In this document: positions 1-8,731 of the stretch, one piece after another
Layout of the letters: each line of letters opens with the position of its first letter
How positions within the stretch are numbered: position 1 is the stretch's first letter
Source of the DNA: Burkholderiaceae bacterium
GTDB taxonomy: Bacteria > Pseudomonadota > Gammaproteobacteria > Burkholderiales > Burkholderiaceae_C
Length of the DNA stretch: 64,000 bases
Assembly (NCBI GenBank): GCA_022702125.1
Contig: JAKOND010000210.1
Span: 17,322-81,321, forward strand
Direction: 5' to 3'
Program-made: the position numbers and the translations under genes
Notes under the pieces: model-generated
Told to the model about the DNA's origin: nothing
Databases searched by the model: none
What the model saw: only the letters and a program-made list of their open reading frames with translations

Positions 1-2
1 CG

Positions 3-200
3 CCCATCGAAGACCGCGACCAGCCCGGCAGCGGCTTCACCCACCAGCTGGGCGACGAGGTGACCATCCGCAGCGCCCGGCTGGGCGTGCTGCGCAACCG
101 GGTGACGCACAGCGAGACCGCACCGCCCTGGCGCTTCGGCCTGCGCGCCTTCATCGCCAACCTGGCCGCGCGCGGGCTGCTGGACGGCCGCAGCCTCTGA
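3..200 (+). CDS. C-terminal fragment of a fumarylacetoacetate-hydrolase-fold (GguC-like) protein; 5' end lies outside the window
   Basis: Frame 3 is open from the window edge to TGA 198-200 (...GDEVTIRSARLGVLRNRVTHSETAPPWRFGLRAFIANLAARGLLDGRSL*). GC3 is high. The tail resembles FAH/GguC C-termini as I recall them. It lies upstream of a TRAP transporter. Confidence 0.45.
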   Translation, partial: PIEDRDQPGSGFTHQLGDEVTIRSARLGVLRNRVTHSETAPPWRFGLRAFIANLAARGLLDGRSL

Positions 201-284
201 CCCGGGAGCAAGCTGCCCGCCGCCGCTGCACGCACGCACGAAGAACGGAACGGGATCGACACCCCGTCCACAAGGAGACGAACC

Positions 285-902
285 ATGAAACGTTGGATGG
301 ATGGCTATTGCCGGATGCTGGACTTCCTCATGGCCGGCGCGCTGGCCGTGATGGTGGCGATGGTGTTCGGCAACGTCGTGCTGCGCTACGCCTTCAACAC
401 CGGCATCACCGTGTCGGAAGAGGTCTCGCGCTGGCTCTTCGTCTGGCTGACCTTCCTGGGCGCGGTGGTCGCCATGAAGGACCACGGCCACCTGGGCGTG
501 GACATGCTGGTGAGCCGCCTGCCCGACGCCGGCAAGAAGGCCTGCGTGGTCGTCGGCCAGGTGCTGATGCTCTGGGTCTGCTGGCTGGTCTTTGCGGGCA
601 GCTGGGACCAGGCCTGGCTCAACCGCGACGTGCCCGCGCCGACGACCGGCTGGTCCATGGGCGCCTTCTATTTCGTGGGCGTCGTCTTCGCCGTGTCGGC
701 CGCGGTATTTCTGCTCTACGACCTGTGGCGGGTGCTGAGCGGCCAGCTGCAGGGCGACGCGCTGGTGATGGTCAAGGATTCGGAGGAGACGGCGGAATTC
801 GACGCCCTGCAGGCACGCCTGGCCGAAGAGGACCGGCTGGCGGCGCAGGGCCGCAGCGCAGCCGGCGGGGCCGCCCCCGGCCCTGCGGCCGGAAAGCGCT
901 GA
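285..902 (+). CDS. TRAP transporter small permease (DctQ family)
   Basis: ATG 285 is preceded by AAGGAG. The 205-aa protein has about 4 TM helices and an N-terminus typical of DctQ (LDFLMAGALAVMVAMVFGNVVLRYAFNTGITVSEEVSRWLFVWLTFLGA). It sits directly upstream of DctM. Confidence 0.9.
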   Translation: MKRWMDGYCRMLDFLMAGALAVMVAMVFGNVVLRYAFNTGITVSEEVSRWLFVWLTFLGAVVAMKDHGHLGVDMLVSRLPDAGKKACVVVGQVLMLWVCWLVFAGSWDQAWLNRDVPAPTTGWSMGAFYFVGVVFAVSAAVFLLYDLWRVLSGQLQGDALVMVKDSEETAEFDALQARLAEEDRLAAQGRSAAGGAAPGPAAGKR

Positions 903-916
903 AGGAGGCCCGCAGC

Positions 917-2197
917 ATGACCATCGCCGTCTTCCTCCTCTCGCTGCTGGGCGCCATGGCGATCGGCATCCCCATCGCCTTCTCGCTGCTGCTGTGCGGC
1001 GTGGCGCTGATGTGGCATCTGGACATGTTCGACGCGCAGATCCTCGCGCAGAACCTGATCAACGGCGCCGACAGCTTCCCGCTGCTGGCCGTGCCCTTCT
1101 TCATGCTGGCCGGCGAGATCATGAACACCGGCGGCCTCTCCAAGCGCATCGTCGATCTGGCGCTGACCCTCGTCGGTCACGTGCGCGGCGGGCTGGGCTA
1201 TGTCGCCATCGTCGCGGCCTGCGTGCTCTCGGCGCTGTCGGGCTCGGCGGTGGCCGATGCGGCGGCGCTCTCGGCCCTGCTGATTCCGATGATGGTCGCG
1301 GCCGGCCACGACAAGGCCCGCTCCGGCGGCCTGATCGCTGCGGCCGGCGTGATCGGCCCGATCATCCCGCCCTCGATCGGCTTCGTGATCTTCGGCGTGG
1401 CCGCCAACCTGTCGATCAGCAAGCTCTTCCTGGCCGGCATCTTCCCCGGCATCCTGATCGCCGGCGCGCTCTGGATGACCTGGTGGTGGCTGGTGCGCAA
1501 GGAGCACATCGTGCCGCCGCCGCGCCGCTCGCGGGGCGAGGTCTGGCTCGCATTCCGCCAGGCCGGCTGGGCGCTGATGCTGCCGCTGATCATCCTCGTC
1601 GGGCTGCGCTTCGGCGTCTTCACCCCGACCGAGGCTGCCGTCGTGGCGGCGGTGTATTCGCTCTTCGTCGCGGTGGTCATCTACCGCGAGCTCAAGCCCT
1701 CCCAGATCTACGGCGTGTTCGTCACCGCCGCGCGCACCACGGGCGTGGTGATGTTCCTGGTGGCTGCGGCGCTGGTGTCGGCCTGGCTCATCACCGTGGC
1801 CGACCTGCCGGGCAAGGTGGTCACGCTGCTGGAGCCCTTCATCGGCAGCCCCATGCTGCTGATGGTGATGATCATGCTGCTGGTGATCGTCGTCGGCACC
1901 GCGATGGACATGACGCCCACCATCCTGATCCTCACGCCGGTGCTGATGCCGGTGGTCAAGGCGGCGGGCATCGATCCCATCTACTTCGGCGTGCTGTTCA
2001 TCATCAACAACTCGATCGGGCTGGTCACGCCGCCGGTGGGCACGGTGCTCAACGTGGTGGCCGGCGTCGCGCGCATCCGCATGGACGACGTGATCCGCGG
2101 CGTCTGGCCTTTCATGCTGGCCGAGTTCGCCATGATGTTCCTTATGGTCGCCTTCCCGGCGCTGGTCATCTGGCCCGCGCGCCTGCTCTACGGCTGA
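917..2197 (+). CDS. TRAP transporter large permease (DctM family)
   Basis: An internal ATG at 917 in ORF 293..2197 has GAAGGAGG upstream. The 426-aa polytopic protein (MTIAVFLLSLLGAMAIGIPIAFSLLL...FPLLAVPFFMLAGEIMN) matches DctM in size and motifs. Confidence 0.92.
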   Translation: MTIAVFLLSLLGAMAIGIPIAFSLLLCGVALMWHLDMFDAQILAQNLINGADSFPLLAVPFFMLAGEIMNTGGLSKRIVDLALTLVGHVRGGLGYVAIVAACVLSALSGSAVADAAALSALLIPMMVAAGHDKARSGGLIAAAGVIGPIIPPSIGFVIFGVAANLSISKLFLAGIFPGILIAGALWMTWWWLVRKEHIVPPPRRSRGEVWLAFRQAGWALMLPLIILVGLRFGVFTPTEAAVVAAVYSLFVAVVIYRELKPSQIYGVFVTAARTTGVVMFLVAAALVSAWLITVADLPGKVVTLLEPFIGSPMLLMVMIMLLVIVVGTAMDMTPTILILTPVLMPVVKAAGIDPIYFGVLFIINNSIGLVTPPVGTVLNVVAGVARIRMDDVIRGVWPFMLAEFAMMFLMVAFPALVIWPARLLYG

Positions 2198-2353
2198 AAG
2201 CGGCTCACGAAACCCTTCTGGCGTCGTTGCCGCATCTTGTCGTACCAGCCGTACTGCCTGCGATGCGGCCCCTCGCCGGAACCGCTTCGCCGGGCTCTGT
2301 GAACCGCTTGATGGCGCCACCTATCAAGGCGCAGCGGGAAAGGCTGCCCCCTT

Positions 2354-3076
2354 TCAGGGCATCGTCGGCAGCTCGTTCGGCCGCAGGTCGAACACCAGCA
2401 CCTCGGCACCCTCGCCCCCGGTGAGGCGCAGCGGCCCGGCATTGCGGATGCGGGCGCCGTCGCCGTCCGAGAGGCGCTCGCCGTTCACCTCCACGCTGCC
2501 GCGCGCCACATGCACATAGACGTGCCGGTCCGGGCCCACGGCCAGTTCGGCGGATTCATCGCCGTCGAACAGGCCGGCATAGACCCGCGCATCCTGGCGC
2601 ACGGCCAGGGCGCCGTCATCGCCTTCGGGCGAGATGATCTGGCGCAGGCGCCCGCGCTTGTCGGCCTCGGTGAAATGCACCTGCTGGTAGCGCGGCTGGG
2701 CGCCGCGCTGGTTGGGCACGATCCAGATCTGCAGGAAGTGCACGGGATCGGTGCCCGAGTGGTTGAACTCGCTGTGCTGCACGCCGCTGCCGGCGCTCAT
2801 CATCTGCACGTCGCCGGGGCGGATGACCGAGCCCGTGCCCATCGAGTCCTTGTGTTCCAGCGCGCCTTCGAGCACGTAGGAAAAGATCTCCATGTCGCGG
2901 TGGCCATGGGTGCCGAAGCCGTTGGACGGCGTCACGCGGTCGTCGTTGATGACCAGCAGGTCCGAAAAGCCTTGCTGGTTCGCGTCGCGGTAGTGGCCGA
3001 ACGAGAAGGTGTGGCGCGACTGCAGCCAGCCGTGGTTGGCGATGCCTCGTTGCTGGGCGCGGCGGATATCGAGCAT
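2354..3076 (-). CDS. Pirin family protein (bicupin)
   Basis: MLDIRRAQQRGIANHGWLQSRHTFSFGHYRD...HGHRDMEIFSYVLEG carries the pirin cupin His motifs. I prefer ATG 3076 over 3100 because AAGGGA lies about 9 nt upstream. The gene is divergent from a LysR gene. Confidence 0.9.
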   Translation of the reverse strand: MLDIRRAQQRGIANHGWLQSRHTFSFGHYRDANQQGFSDLLVINDDRVTPSNGFGTHGHRDMEIFSYVLEGALEHKDSMGTGSVIRPGDVQMMSAGSGVQHSEFNHSGTDPVHFLQIWIVPNQRGAQPRYQQVHFTEADKRGRLRQIISPEGDDGALAVRQDARVYAGLFDGDESAELAVGPDRHVYVHVARGSVEVNGERLSDGDGARIRNAGPLRLTGGEGAEVLVFDLRPNELPTMP

Positions 3077-3112
3077 GGTGTCTGTCCCTTCTTGCTTCAT
3101 CGATGGAATTCA

Positions 3113-3136
3113 CACTGAAAGAAAGCGCTTTCAGTG
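3113..3136. promoter_or_regulatory. Inverted repeat in the pirin/LysR divergent region; candidate LTTR binding site
   Basis: CACTGAAAG-aaagcg-CTTTCAGTG contains the perfect 12-bp palindrome GAAAGCGCTTTC. It fits the T-N11-A style of LysR-type boxes. Confidence 0.45.
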
Positions 3137-3196
3137 CTGCGATGGAAGAAGTATCGGCCGGCAACGCGCCCGTCAGGTTGAAAGGTGTGGGCCGCC

Positions 3197-3217
3197 ATCA
3201 TCGATAATTTCGATGAT
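3197..3217. promoter_or_regulatory. Second inverted repeat just upstream of the LysR start
   Basis: ATCATCGA-taatt-TCGATGAT has 8-bp perfect arms. It lies 22 nt upstream of ATG 3239. Confidence 0.4.
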
Positions 3218-3238
3218 TCACCACACCCCGGGAGCCGC

Positions 3239-4141
3239 ATGCTCAAACTCACGCTGGAAGCCATCGAACTGGTGGATGCCATCGCCCGCAGCGGCTCGTT
3301 CGCGGGCGCATCGGAACAGCTGCACAAGGTGCCCTCCACCATCTCCTACGCCGTGGGCAAGCTGGAGGAGCAACTGGGCTTCGCGCTGTTCACGCGCAAC
3401 GGCCCGCGCGTGGCGCTGACGCCCGCCGGGCAGGAACTGATCCGCGAAGGCCGGTGGCTGCTGGCCGCCGCGCACCAGCTCGAATCGCGCATGCGGCAGG
3501 TGGCGACCGGCTTCGAATCCGAAGTGCGGCTGATGCACGACTCGCTGATTCCCACCGAGGCCTTCAACCAGGACATCTGCGCCTTCGAAGACCTGCAGTG
3601 CGGCACCCGCCTGCGCATCGCCAGCGAGGCCATGACCGGCACCTGGGAAGCCCTGCGCGAAGGCCGTGCCGACCTCATCGTGGCCGCCGGCGAAGGCCCG
3701 GCCGGCGGCGGCTACAAGGCCGTGGCGGTGGGCAGCCTGGCCTTCGCCTTCTGCGTGACCGCCACCCACCCGCTGGCCCGGCTGCAGCGCCCGCTCACTC
3801 GCGCCGACCTGCTGGAGCACACGGCCGTGGTGGTGGGAGACGGCGCGCGCTCGCTCGCCGACCGCACGGTGGGCCTGCTCTCCGGCCAGCGCCGCATCAC
3901 GGTGCCGAACATGCAGGCCAAGATAGCCGCCCAGGCCGCCGGCCTGGGCCACGGCTTCGTACCCCGTGCCTGCGTGCGGGTGGAGCTGGAAACCGGCGTG
4001 CTGGTGGAACTGCCCGTGGAAGAGCCCCGCCCGGACGAAACCTTCTGGCTGGCCTGGCGGCCCGAGCACATGGGCGAGGCGCTCAAGTGGTGGAGCCAGC
4101 GGCTGAACCGGGCGCTGCTGCCGGGGATTCTTCCGTATTGA
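3239..4141 (+). CDS. LysR-family transcriptional regulator
   Basis: The N-terminal wHTH is MLKLTLEAIELVDAIARSGSFAGASEQLHKVPSTISYAVGKLEEQLGFALFTRNGPRVALTPAG. The length is 300 aa. It is divergent from the pirin gene, a classic LTTR arrangement. Confidence 0.9.
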   Translation: MLKLTLEAIELVDAIARSGSFAGASEQLHKVPSTISYAVGKLEEQLGFALFTRNGPRVALTPAGQELIREGRWLLAAAHQLESRMRQVATGFESEVRLMHDSLIPTEAFNQDICAFEDLQCGTRLRIASEAMTGTWEALREGRADLIVAAGEGPAGGGYKAVAVGSLAFAFCVTATHPLARLQRPLTRADLLEHTAVVVGDGARSLADRTVGLLSGQRRITVPNMQAKIAAQAAGLGHGFVPRACVRVELETGVLVELPVEEPRPDETFWLAWRPEHMGEALKWWSQRLNRALLPGILPY

Positions 4142-4451
4142 GGGCTCGCATCGGCGGGCTTGCATGGGAGGGCCCAGCAAGCGCCAGGCCTGCGACGCTT
4201 CGGCTTCGCTCTGCCCGCATCAGCCCCAAAGGCACTCGACGACTTCGGGTTTGAACTCTGCTGGATACTGTTCCATCAAACCCCGGGACGGAGGTCCAGT
4301 TCCTGGGGAAAAGTGAAAATCAGGGGCGGTTCAGGCACTTCAACTCCGGCCCGGCTCCCGTCGCCGCCAAGCAGCCGCCCCGTCCTCACGCATGGCTCCT
4401 GGCCGAGCGGCCTTCGCACGGAGCCCGACCCGGCCTGCCCGTGCCGATACA

Positions 4452-4494
4452 TCCATCCGTCCATCGTCCATCGTCCATCGTCCATCGTCCATGG
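4452..4494 (+). repeat. Heptanucleotide tandem repeat (TCCATCG)n
   Basis: There are four perfect TCCATCG units at 4460-4487. They are flanked by degenerate units TCCATCCG (4452-4459) and TCCATGG (4488-4494). The last unit contains ATG 4491. Confidence 0.95.
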
Positions 4495-5657
4495 TTCTCG
4501 ATCCTTTCACCCTGCTCGTCATCACCGCCGCCATGGCAGCTGCCTCTACGCTGTACCTGGCTTCGGAGTGGCGCAGCGTGCGCGAGCGTTCGCTGCTCCT
4601 TTGGAGCGCGGGGTTCGCCGTCGTCGCCGTCGGCAGCGCGCTGGCCCTGCTGCGTTCCAGCGGTTTCGTGTTCGTGGGCATCTGGTTCTCCAACGGCTTG
4701 CTGATCGTGGCCCACGCGCTGTTCCTGGCCGGCGTTGCCGCGTTCAGACGCACCCGGCTGCCGCGCGCCTGGTGGCTGTTGGCCGCCGTCTGGCTGGCGA
4801 TGCTGTGGCTGCCCGACGGGCCCTGGTGGTCCAAGGCGATGCTCGGCGTCCAGTCGATGCTCATCGCCGCCATCACCTTGCGCGCCGGCCTGCTGCTGCG
4901 CCCGCAGGACGCCGCGCTGAGCGTGGGCGCGGCACAGCTGCGCTTCGTCCTGTTGGCGCACGGCCTGTTCTACCTCGCCAAGGCCGCCTCGGTGGTTGAG
5001 CTCGACACATTCGTCAACCTGGCCAGTTTCCGTGGCGTGGTGATCCAGGTGTCGCTGGTGGAAGGCGTCATGGCGATCATGTTGCTCGCCATGTCCATGA
5101 CCGGCACCGAGCGCCATCGCCGCGAGGAACGCATGGCGCAGATAGCCGCCCTCGACCCGCTCACCGCTTTGGACAACCGTCGCGCGCTCTATCTGCGCGC
5201 CCCGGCGCTGCTGCGGCAGGCGTCACCCGCCCGCCCGGGCGCCTTGCTGCTGATGGACATCGACAACTTCAAGCAGGTCAACGACCTGCACGGCCACGAT
5301 GCAGGCGACCGCCTGTTGATCACGCTCAGCGACTTGATCCGCAGCGTGCTGCCGAGCGGCGCACTGGCCGCGCGGCTGGGCGGGGACGAATTCGTGATCC
5401 TGCTGTGCGACGCGCCGGCTTCAGCCGCGCAGGCGGTGGGCCAGGAACTGCGCGAGGCGTTCTCACGCCAGGCGCGCGCGACGTTCGCAACGCCGGACCC
5501 AGTGTCCCTCAGCATCGGGGCGAGCTTGTTCGACCGGCCCGACGCCGAGCTGTCGCATTGGCTCAAGCGGGCCGACGAAGCGCTGTATGCATCGAAGCGC
5601 AAGGGGCGGGACCGGATGGAGCTCGACCTTCCGGCTCCGCCAGGGCGGCCGTACTGA
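4491..5657 (+). CDS. Membrane-anchored diguanylate cyclase (multi-TM N-domain + GGDEF)
   Basis: The C-terminal domain has LDPLTALDNRRAL...DIDNFKQVNDLHGHDAGD...RLGGDEFVILL...ADEALYASKRKGRD. The N-terminal half is hydrophobic. The start is ambiguous: ATG 4491 or the in-frame ATG 4392 upstream of the repeat tract. Neither has a clear SD. Confidence 0.85.
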   Translation: MVLDPFTLLVITAAMAAASTLYLASEWRSVRERSLLLWSAGFAVVAVGSALALLRSSGFVFVGIWFSNGLLIVAHALFLAGVAAFRRTRLPRAWWLLAAVWLAMLWLPDGPWWSKAMLGVQSMLIAAITLRAGLLLRPQDAALSVGAAQLRFVLLAHGLFYLAKAASVVELDTFVNLASFRGVVIQVSLVEGVMAIMLLAMSMTGTERHRREERMAQIAALDPLTALDNRRALYLRAPALLRQASPARPGALLLMDIDNFKQVNDLHGHDAGDRLLITLSDLIRSVLPSGALAARLGGDEFVILLCDAPASAAQAVGQELREAFSRQARATFATPDPVSLSIGASLFDRPDAELSHWLKRADEALYASKRKGRDRMELDLPAPPGRPY

Positions 5658-5725
5658 TGTCGCCTGGCTCGGCGGACACCGCCGGGGTGGCCGACGATGG
5701 TTTCCAACGCGAACTGGCGGCCGTC

Positions 5726-6439
5726 TTACTTCAACAGCTGCAGCAGCGCCTCGGCCGCCGGCTCCGACGATGCCGGGTTCTGCCCCGTCACCAGCTTCCC
5801 ATCGGTCAGCACGAACGGCGCCCAATCGGCGCCCTTGGCGTATTCGCCGCCATTCGCCTTGAGCATGTCTTCGACCAGGAAGGGCACCACCTTCGTGAGC
5901 TGCACGCCTTCTTCCTCGCTGTTGGTGAAGCCCGTGACCTTGCGGCCCTTGACCAGTGGTTGGCCGCCGGGCGCCTTGGTGTGGCGCAGCACGCCGGGGG
6001 CGTGGCAGACCAGGGCCAGGGGCTTCTGGGCGGCGAAGGTCTTTTCGATCAGCGAGATGGAGCGGGCGTCTTCCGCCAGGTCCCACAACGGGCCGTGGCC
6101 GCCGGGGTAGAACACGGCGTCGAATTCTTCGGGATCGACGCTGGCCAGCGGCACGGTGGAAGCCAGCTGCTTCTGCGCGTCGGCATCGGCCTTGAAGCGG
6201 CGGGTGGCGTCGGTCTGCTCGCTTTCGTCGTCGCTCTTGGGGTCCAGCGGCGGCTGGCCGCCGTGGGGCGAGGCGAGGGTGATGGCGGCACCTGCGTCCT
6301 TGAAGACGTAGTACGGGGCGGCGAACTCTTCGAGCCAGAAACCGGTCTTCTTGCCCGTGTCACCCAGGCGGTCGTGCGAGGTGAGCACCATGAGGATGCG
6401 GGGGGCCGAGGAAGAAGAGGAGGTGTTGGGGTGGTTCAT
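5726..6439 (-). CDS. DJ-1/PfpI (type 1 glutamine amidotransferase-like) family protein
   Basis: ILMVLTSHDRLGDTGKKTGFWLEEFAAPYYVF...PLALVCHAPGVL carries the nucleophile-elbow Cys. The length is 237 aa. Confidence 0.85.
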   Translation of the reverse strand: MNHPNTSSSSSAPRILMVLTSHDRLGDTGKKTGFWLEEFAAPYYVFKDAGAAITLASPHGGQPPLDPKSDDESEQTDATRRFKADADAQKQLASTVPLASVDPEEFDAVFYPGGHGPLWDLAEDARSISLIEKTFAAQKPLALVCHAPGVLRHTKAPGGQPLVKGRKVTGFTNSEEEGVQLTKVVPFLVEDMLKANGGEYAKGADWAPFVLTDGKLVTGQNPASSEPAAEALLQLLK

Positions 6440-6569
6440 GCGTTGGCGCTCCAGACAAAAGCGGGGACGAAAGTCCCAAGGCCCTGCAGTCTCGCCACCT
6501 GGTGCCAGGCCCCTGGTAGGACGCAGCCGCTAACGCCTCGCCGCCCCTCGCTGGCAGCGGCGCCCCCCG

Positions 6570-7553
6570 TCAGTCGAGCTTGACCCCGGCGGCCTGGATG
6601 ATGGGGCCCCAGCGTTTCGCCTCGGCACGCGCCATGGCGCGGAACTGCTCGGGCGTGCCGGGCAGCGCCTCCATGCCGAAGCCCTGCAGGCGCTGGGCCA
6701 CGGCGGGCGTGGCCAGGGCCTTGTTGATCTCGGCATTGAGCTGGCCGACGATGGCCGGAGGCAGGCCGGCCGGGCCGAGCACGCCCTGGAAGGCGTAGAC
6801 CTCGGCGTCGGCCACGCCCAGTTCGGCCAGCGTGGGCACGTCGGGCAGGCTGGCGGCGCGGCGGCTGGAGCCGATGGCGAGCGCCCGCACCTTGCCCGAC
6901 TGGATCACCGGCAGGCCGGCCGCCAAGTCCAGGAACATGCACGGCACCTGCCCGCCCATCACATCCTGCAGCGCCGGGGCCGCGCCGCGGTAGGGGATGT
7001 GGGTGAGGAAGGTCCTGGTGCGGTTCTTGAACATCTCCATCGCCAGGTGGTGGGGCGAGCCGTTGCCGGGCGAGGCGTAGTTGAGCTTGCCGGGGTTGGC
7101 GCGGGCGTAGGCCAAAAATTGCGCGAAGTTGCGCGCCTCGAAGGCCGGATTGACCACCAAAGCAAGCGGAAAACGCGAGAGACCGCCGACGTAGCTGAAG
7201 TCTTTCTCGGGGCTGAAGGGCAGCTTGCTGAAGAGGTGTTCGTTGAAGGCCAGCAGGGCGTTGTCGGCCGACATGAGCGTGTAGCCGTCGGGTTTGGCGG
7301 TGGCGACCAGCTGCGCGCCGATGTTGGTGGAGGCGCCCGGGCGGTTGTCCACCACGATCTGCTGGCCCAGCGGCACGCGCAGCGCCTCGGCCATGGTGCG
7401 GGCCAGCACGTCGGTGCCTCCGCCGGCCGGGTACGGCACGATCCAGCGGATGGGCTGGCTGGGATAGCCGGGCGGCTGGGCGAAGGCGGCGGGCGTGGCC
7501 GCGGCGGCGCCCGCGAGGGCGATGGCGTTCTGGAGGAGCTGTCTGCGCTGCAT
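6570..7553 (-). CDS. Tripartite tricarboxylate transporter substrate-binding protein (Bug/TctC family)
   Basis: A signal peptide is followed by the hallmark YPSQPIRWIVPYPAGGGTDVLARTMAEAL. The length is 327 aa. Confidence 0.9.
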   Translation of the reverse strand: MQRRQLLQNAIALAGAAAATPAAFAQPPGYPSQPIRWIVPYPAGGGTDVLARTMAEALRVPLGQQIVVDNRPGASTNIGAQLVATAKPDGYTLMSADNALLAFNEHLFSKLPFSPEKDFSYVGGLSRFPLALVVNPAFEARNFAQFLAYARANPGKLNYASPGNGSPHHLAMEMFKNRTRTFLTHIPYRGAAPALQDVMGGQVPCMFLDLAAGLPVIQSGKVRALAIGSSRRAASLPDVPTLAELGVADAEVYAFQGVLGPAGLPPAIVGQLNAEINKALATPAVAQRLQGFGMEALPGTPEQFRAMARAEAKRWGPIIQAAGVKLD

Positions 7554-7598
7554 GGTGTTTGTCTCCTGGGTTGCAGGCGGGAGGGGAAGGCGCGCTGC

Positions 7599-7615
7599 GC
7601 TATTTCTTTGATAGC
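7599..7615. repeat. Short intergenic hairpin element GCTAT-N7-ATAGC (copy 1)
   Basis: GCTATttctttgATAGC is followed by TGCTGGCGCTG. It lies between two minus-strand genes. Confidence 0.5.
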
Positions 7616-7661
7616 TGCTGGCGCTGTTCTTTAAAGGGCTACAGGCACTTCGGGCAAGAAA

Positions 7662-8726
7662 TCAATCGGCCGGTGTGGCGGACGGGAATGGCACGCGCTC
7701 CACCTTGAAGCCCTGGGCGGCCAGCAGCGCCGGCAGCCCCTGGGGGCCGACCAGGTGCAGCGCGCCCACGGCGGCGAACACGCTGTGGCCGGCGCGGTGC
7801 TGGGCCTCGATGGCACGGGCCATGGCCGGATTGCGGCCGGCCACCACTTGGTCGAAGGCCTTGCGTTCGGCGGGCGTCTTCATGCAGCCGCACCAGTCAG
7901 GGTAGGTCTCCAGCAGGGCGGCGCGGCCGTCGGACCAGGCAGTGGCCAGGGTGGCGAGGGCATCGCCCGCTGCGTGGCTTTCCAGCTGGGCCAGCCCGGC
8001 GGCGACGTCGGCCGCCGTTTCCTGTGGATCGTCGGAGGCCAGCAGGCGCATTTGCTGCTCGGGCGACTCCAGCGACAGCACGGGCTTGCGCAGCCCGTGG
8101 GCCAGGCCGTCCAGTACCAGGTCGATGCCGTAGGCCGGGTCGAACCCCTCGCGCCGGGCCGAGAGGGCCAGCAGCGAGCTCACCTGCACTTCCGGCCTCA
8201 GCTGCGCTATCGAGGGATCGGCACAGGCGGCCTCGCGCTGCGCGGCCAGGCGCCGCGCCAGCTCGGGCGGCAGCGGCGGAGCATCGGCAGGGTTGCGCAT
8301 GGCGGCCTGCAGCGCCTGCATCACGGCCGGGTCCATCAGGTCCAACTCCAGCGCCACGCGGTCGCTGGCCTTGACGGCCGCGAGCACGGTGGGGCCGGGC
8401 AGCATCCAGTCGCGCCGGGCCGCATGCACGGTGCCGTAGAGCCAGCTGGTATGGCCGCCCTGCTCCACGCGCCAGAGCAGGCCCCGGTCGTGGGCCCGGC
8501 GCAGCGCCTGGGGCACGGTGTGCGGATCGAGCGGCCGGGGCAGCGGAGGGCAGTCCGCGCTGCGGGGCACGGGCGCCTGCGCAGTGGCAGTGGCGGCGGG
8601 CCGTTCGGCGAGGGACGAAGACGGCGACGGCGACGCCACCTGGGCCGGCACCAGCGCGGGCCATGCCAGGGCCAGCAGCCCGGCGGCGAAGGTCCGGCGC
8701 AGGGCGGCGGGCAGCGGTAATCTCAT
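7662..8726 (-). CDS. TraB/GumN family protein (secreted)
   Basis: An internal ATG at 8726 gives the signal peptide MRLPLPAALRRTFAAGLLALAWPALVPAQ. The family motif GLLWRVEQGGHTSWLYGTVHAARRDW is present. It lies 5 nt downstream of the FAH gene, so they probably form an operon. Confidence 0.8.
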   Translation of the reverse strand: MRLPLPAALRRTFAAGLLALAWPALVPAQVASPSPSSSLAERPAATATAQAPVPRSADCPPLPRPLDPHTVPQALRRAHDRGLLWRVEQGGHTSWLYGTVHAARRDWMLPGPTVLAAVKASDRVALELDLMDPAVMQALQAAMRNPADAPPLPPELARRLAAQREAACADPSIAQLRPEVQVSSLLALSARREGFDPAYGIDLVLDGLAHGLRKPVLSLESPEQQMRLLASDDPQETAADVAAGLAQLESHAAGDALATLATAWSDGRAALLETYPDWCGCMKTPAERKAFDQVVAGRNPAMARAIEAQHRAGHSVFAAVGALHLVGPQGLPALLAAQGFKVERVPFPSATPAD

Positions 8727-8731
8727 GAGGG

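Noticed and set aside
4276-4485. Minus-strand ORFs reading through the heptamer tract (MDDGRWTMDG...)
   Set aside because: The repeated Met codons are simply the reverse complement of the CAT in each TCCATCG unit. There is no SD, no motifs and the composition is poor.
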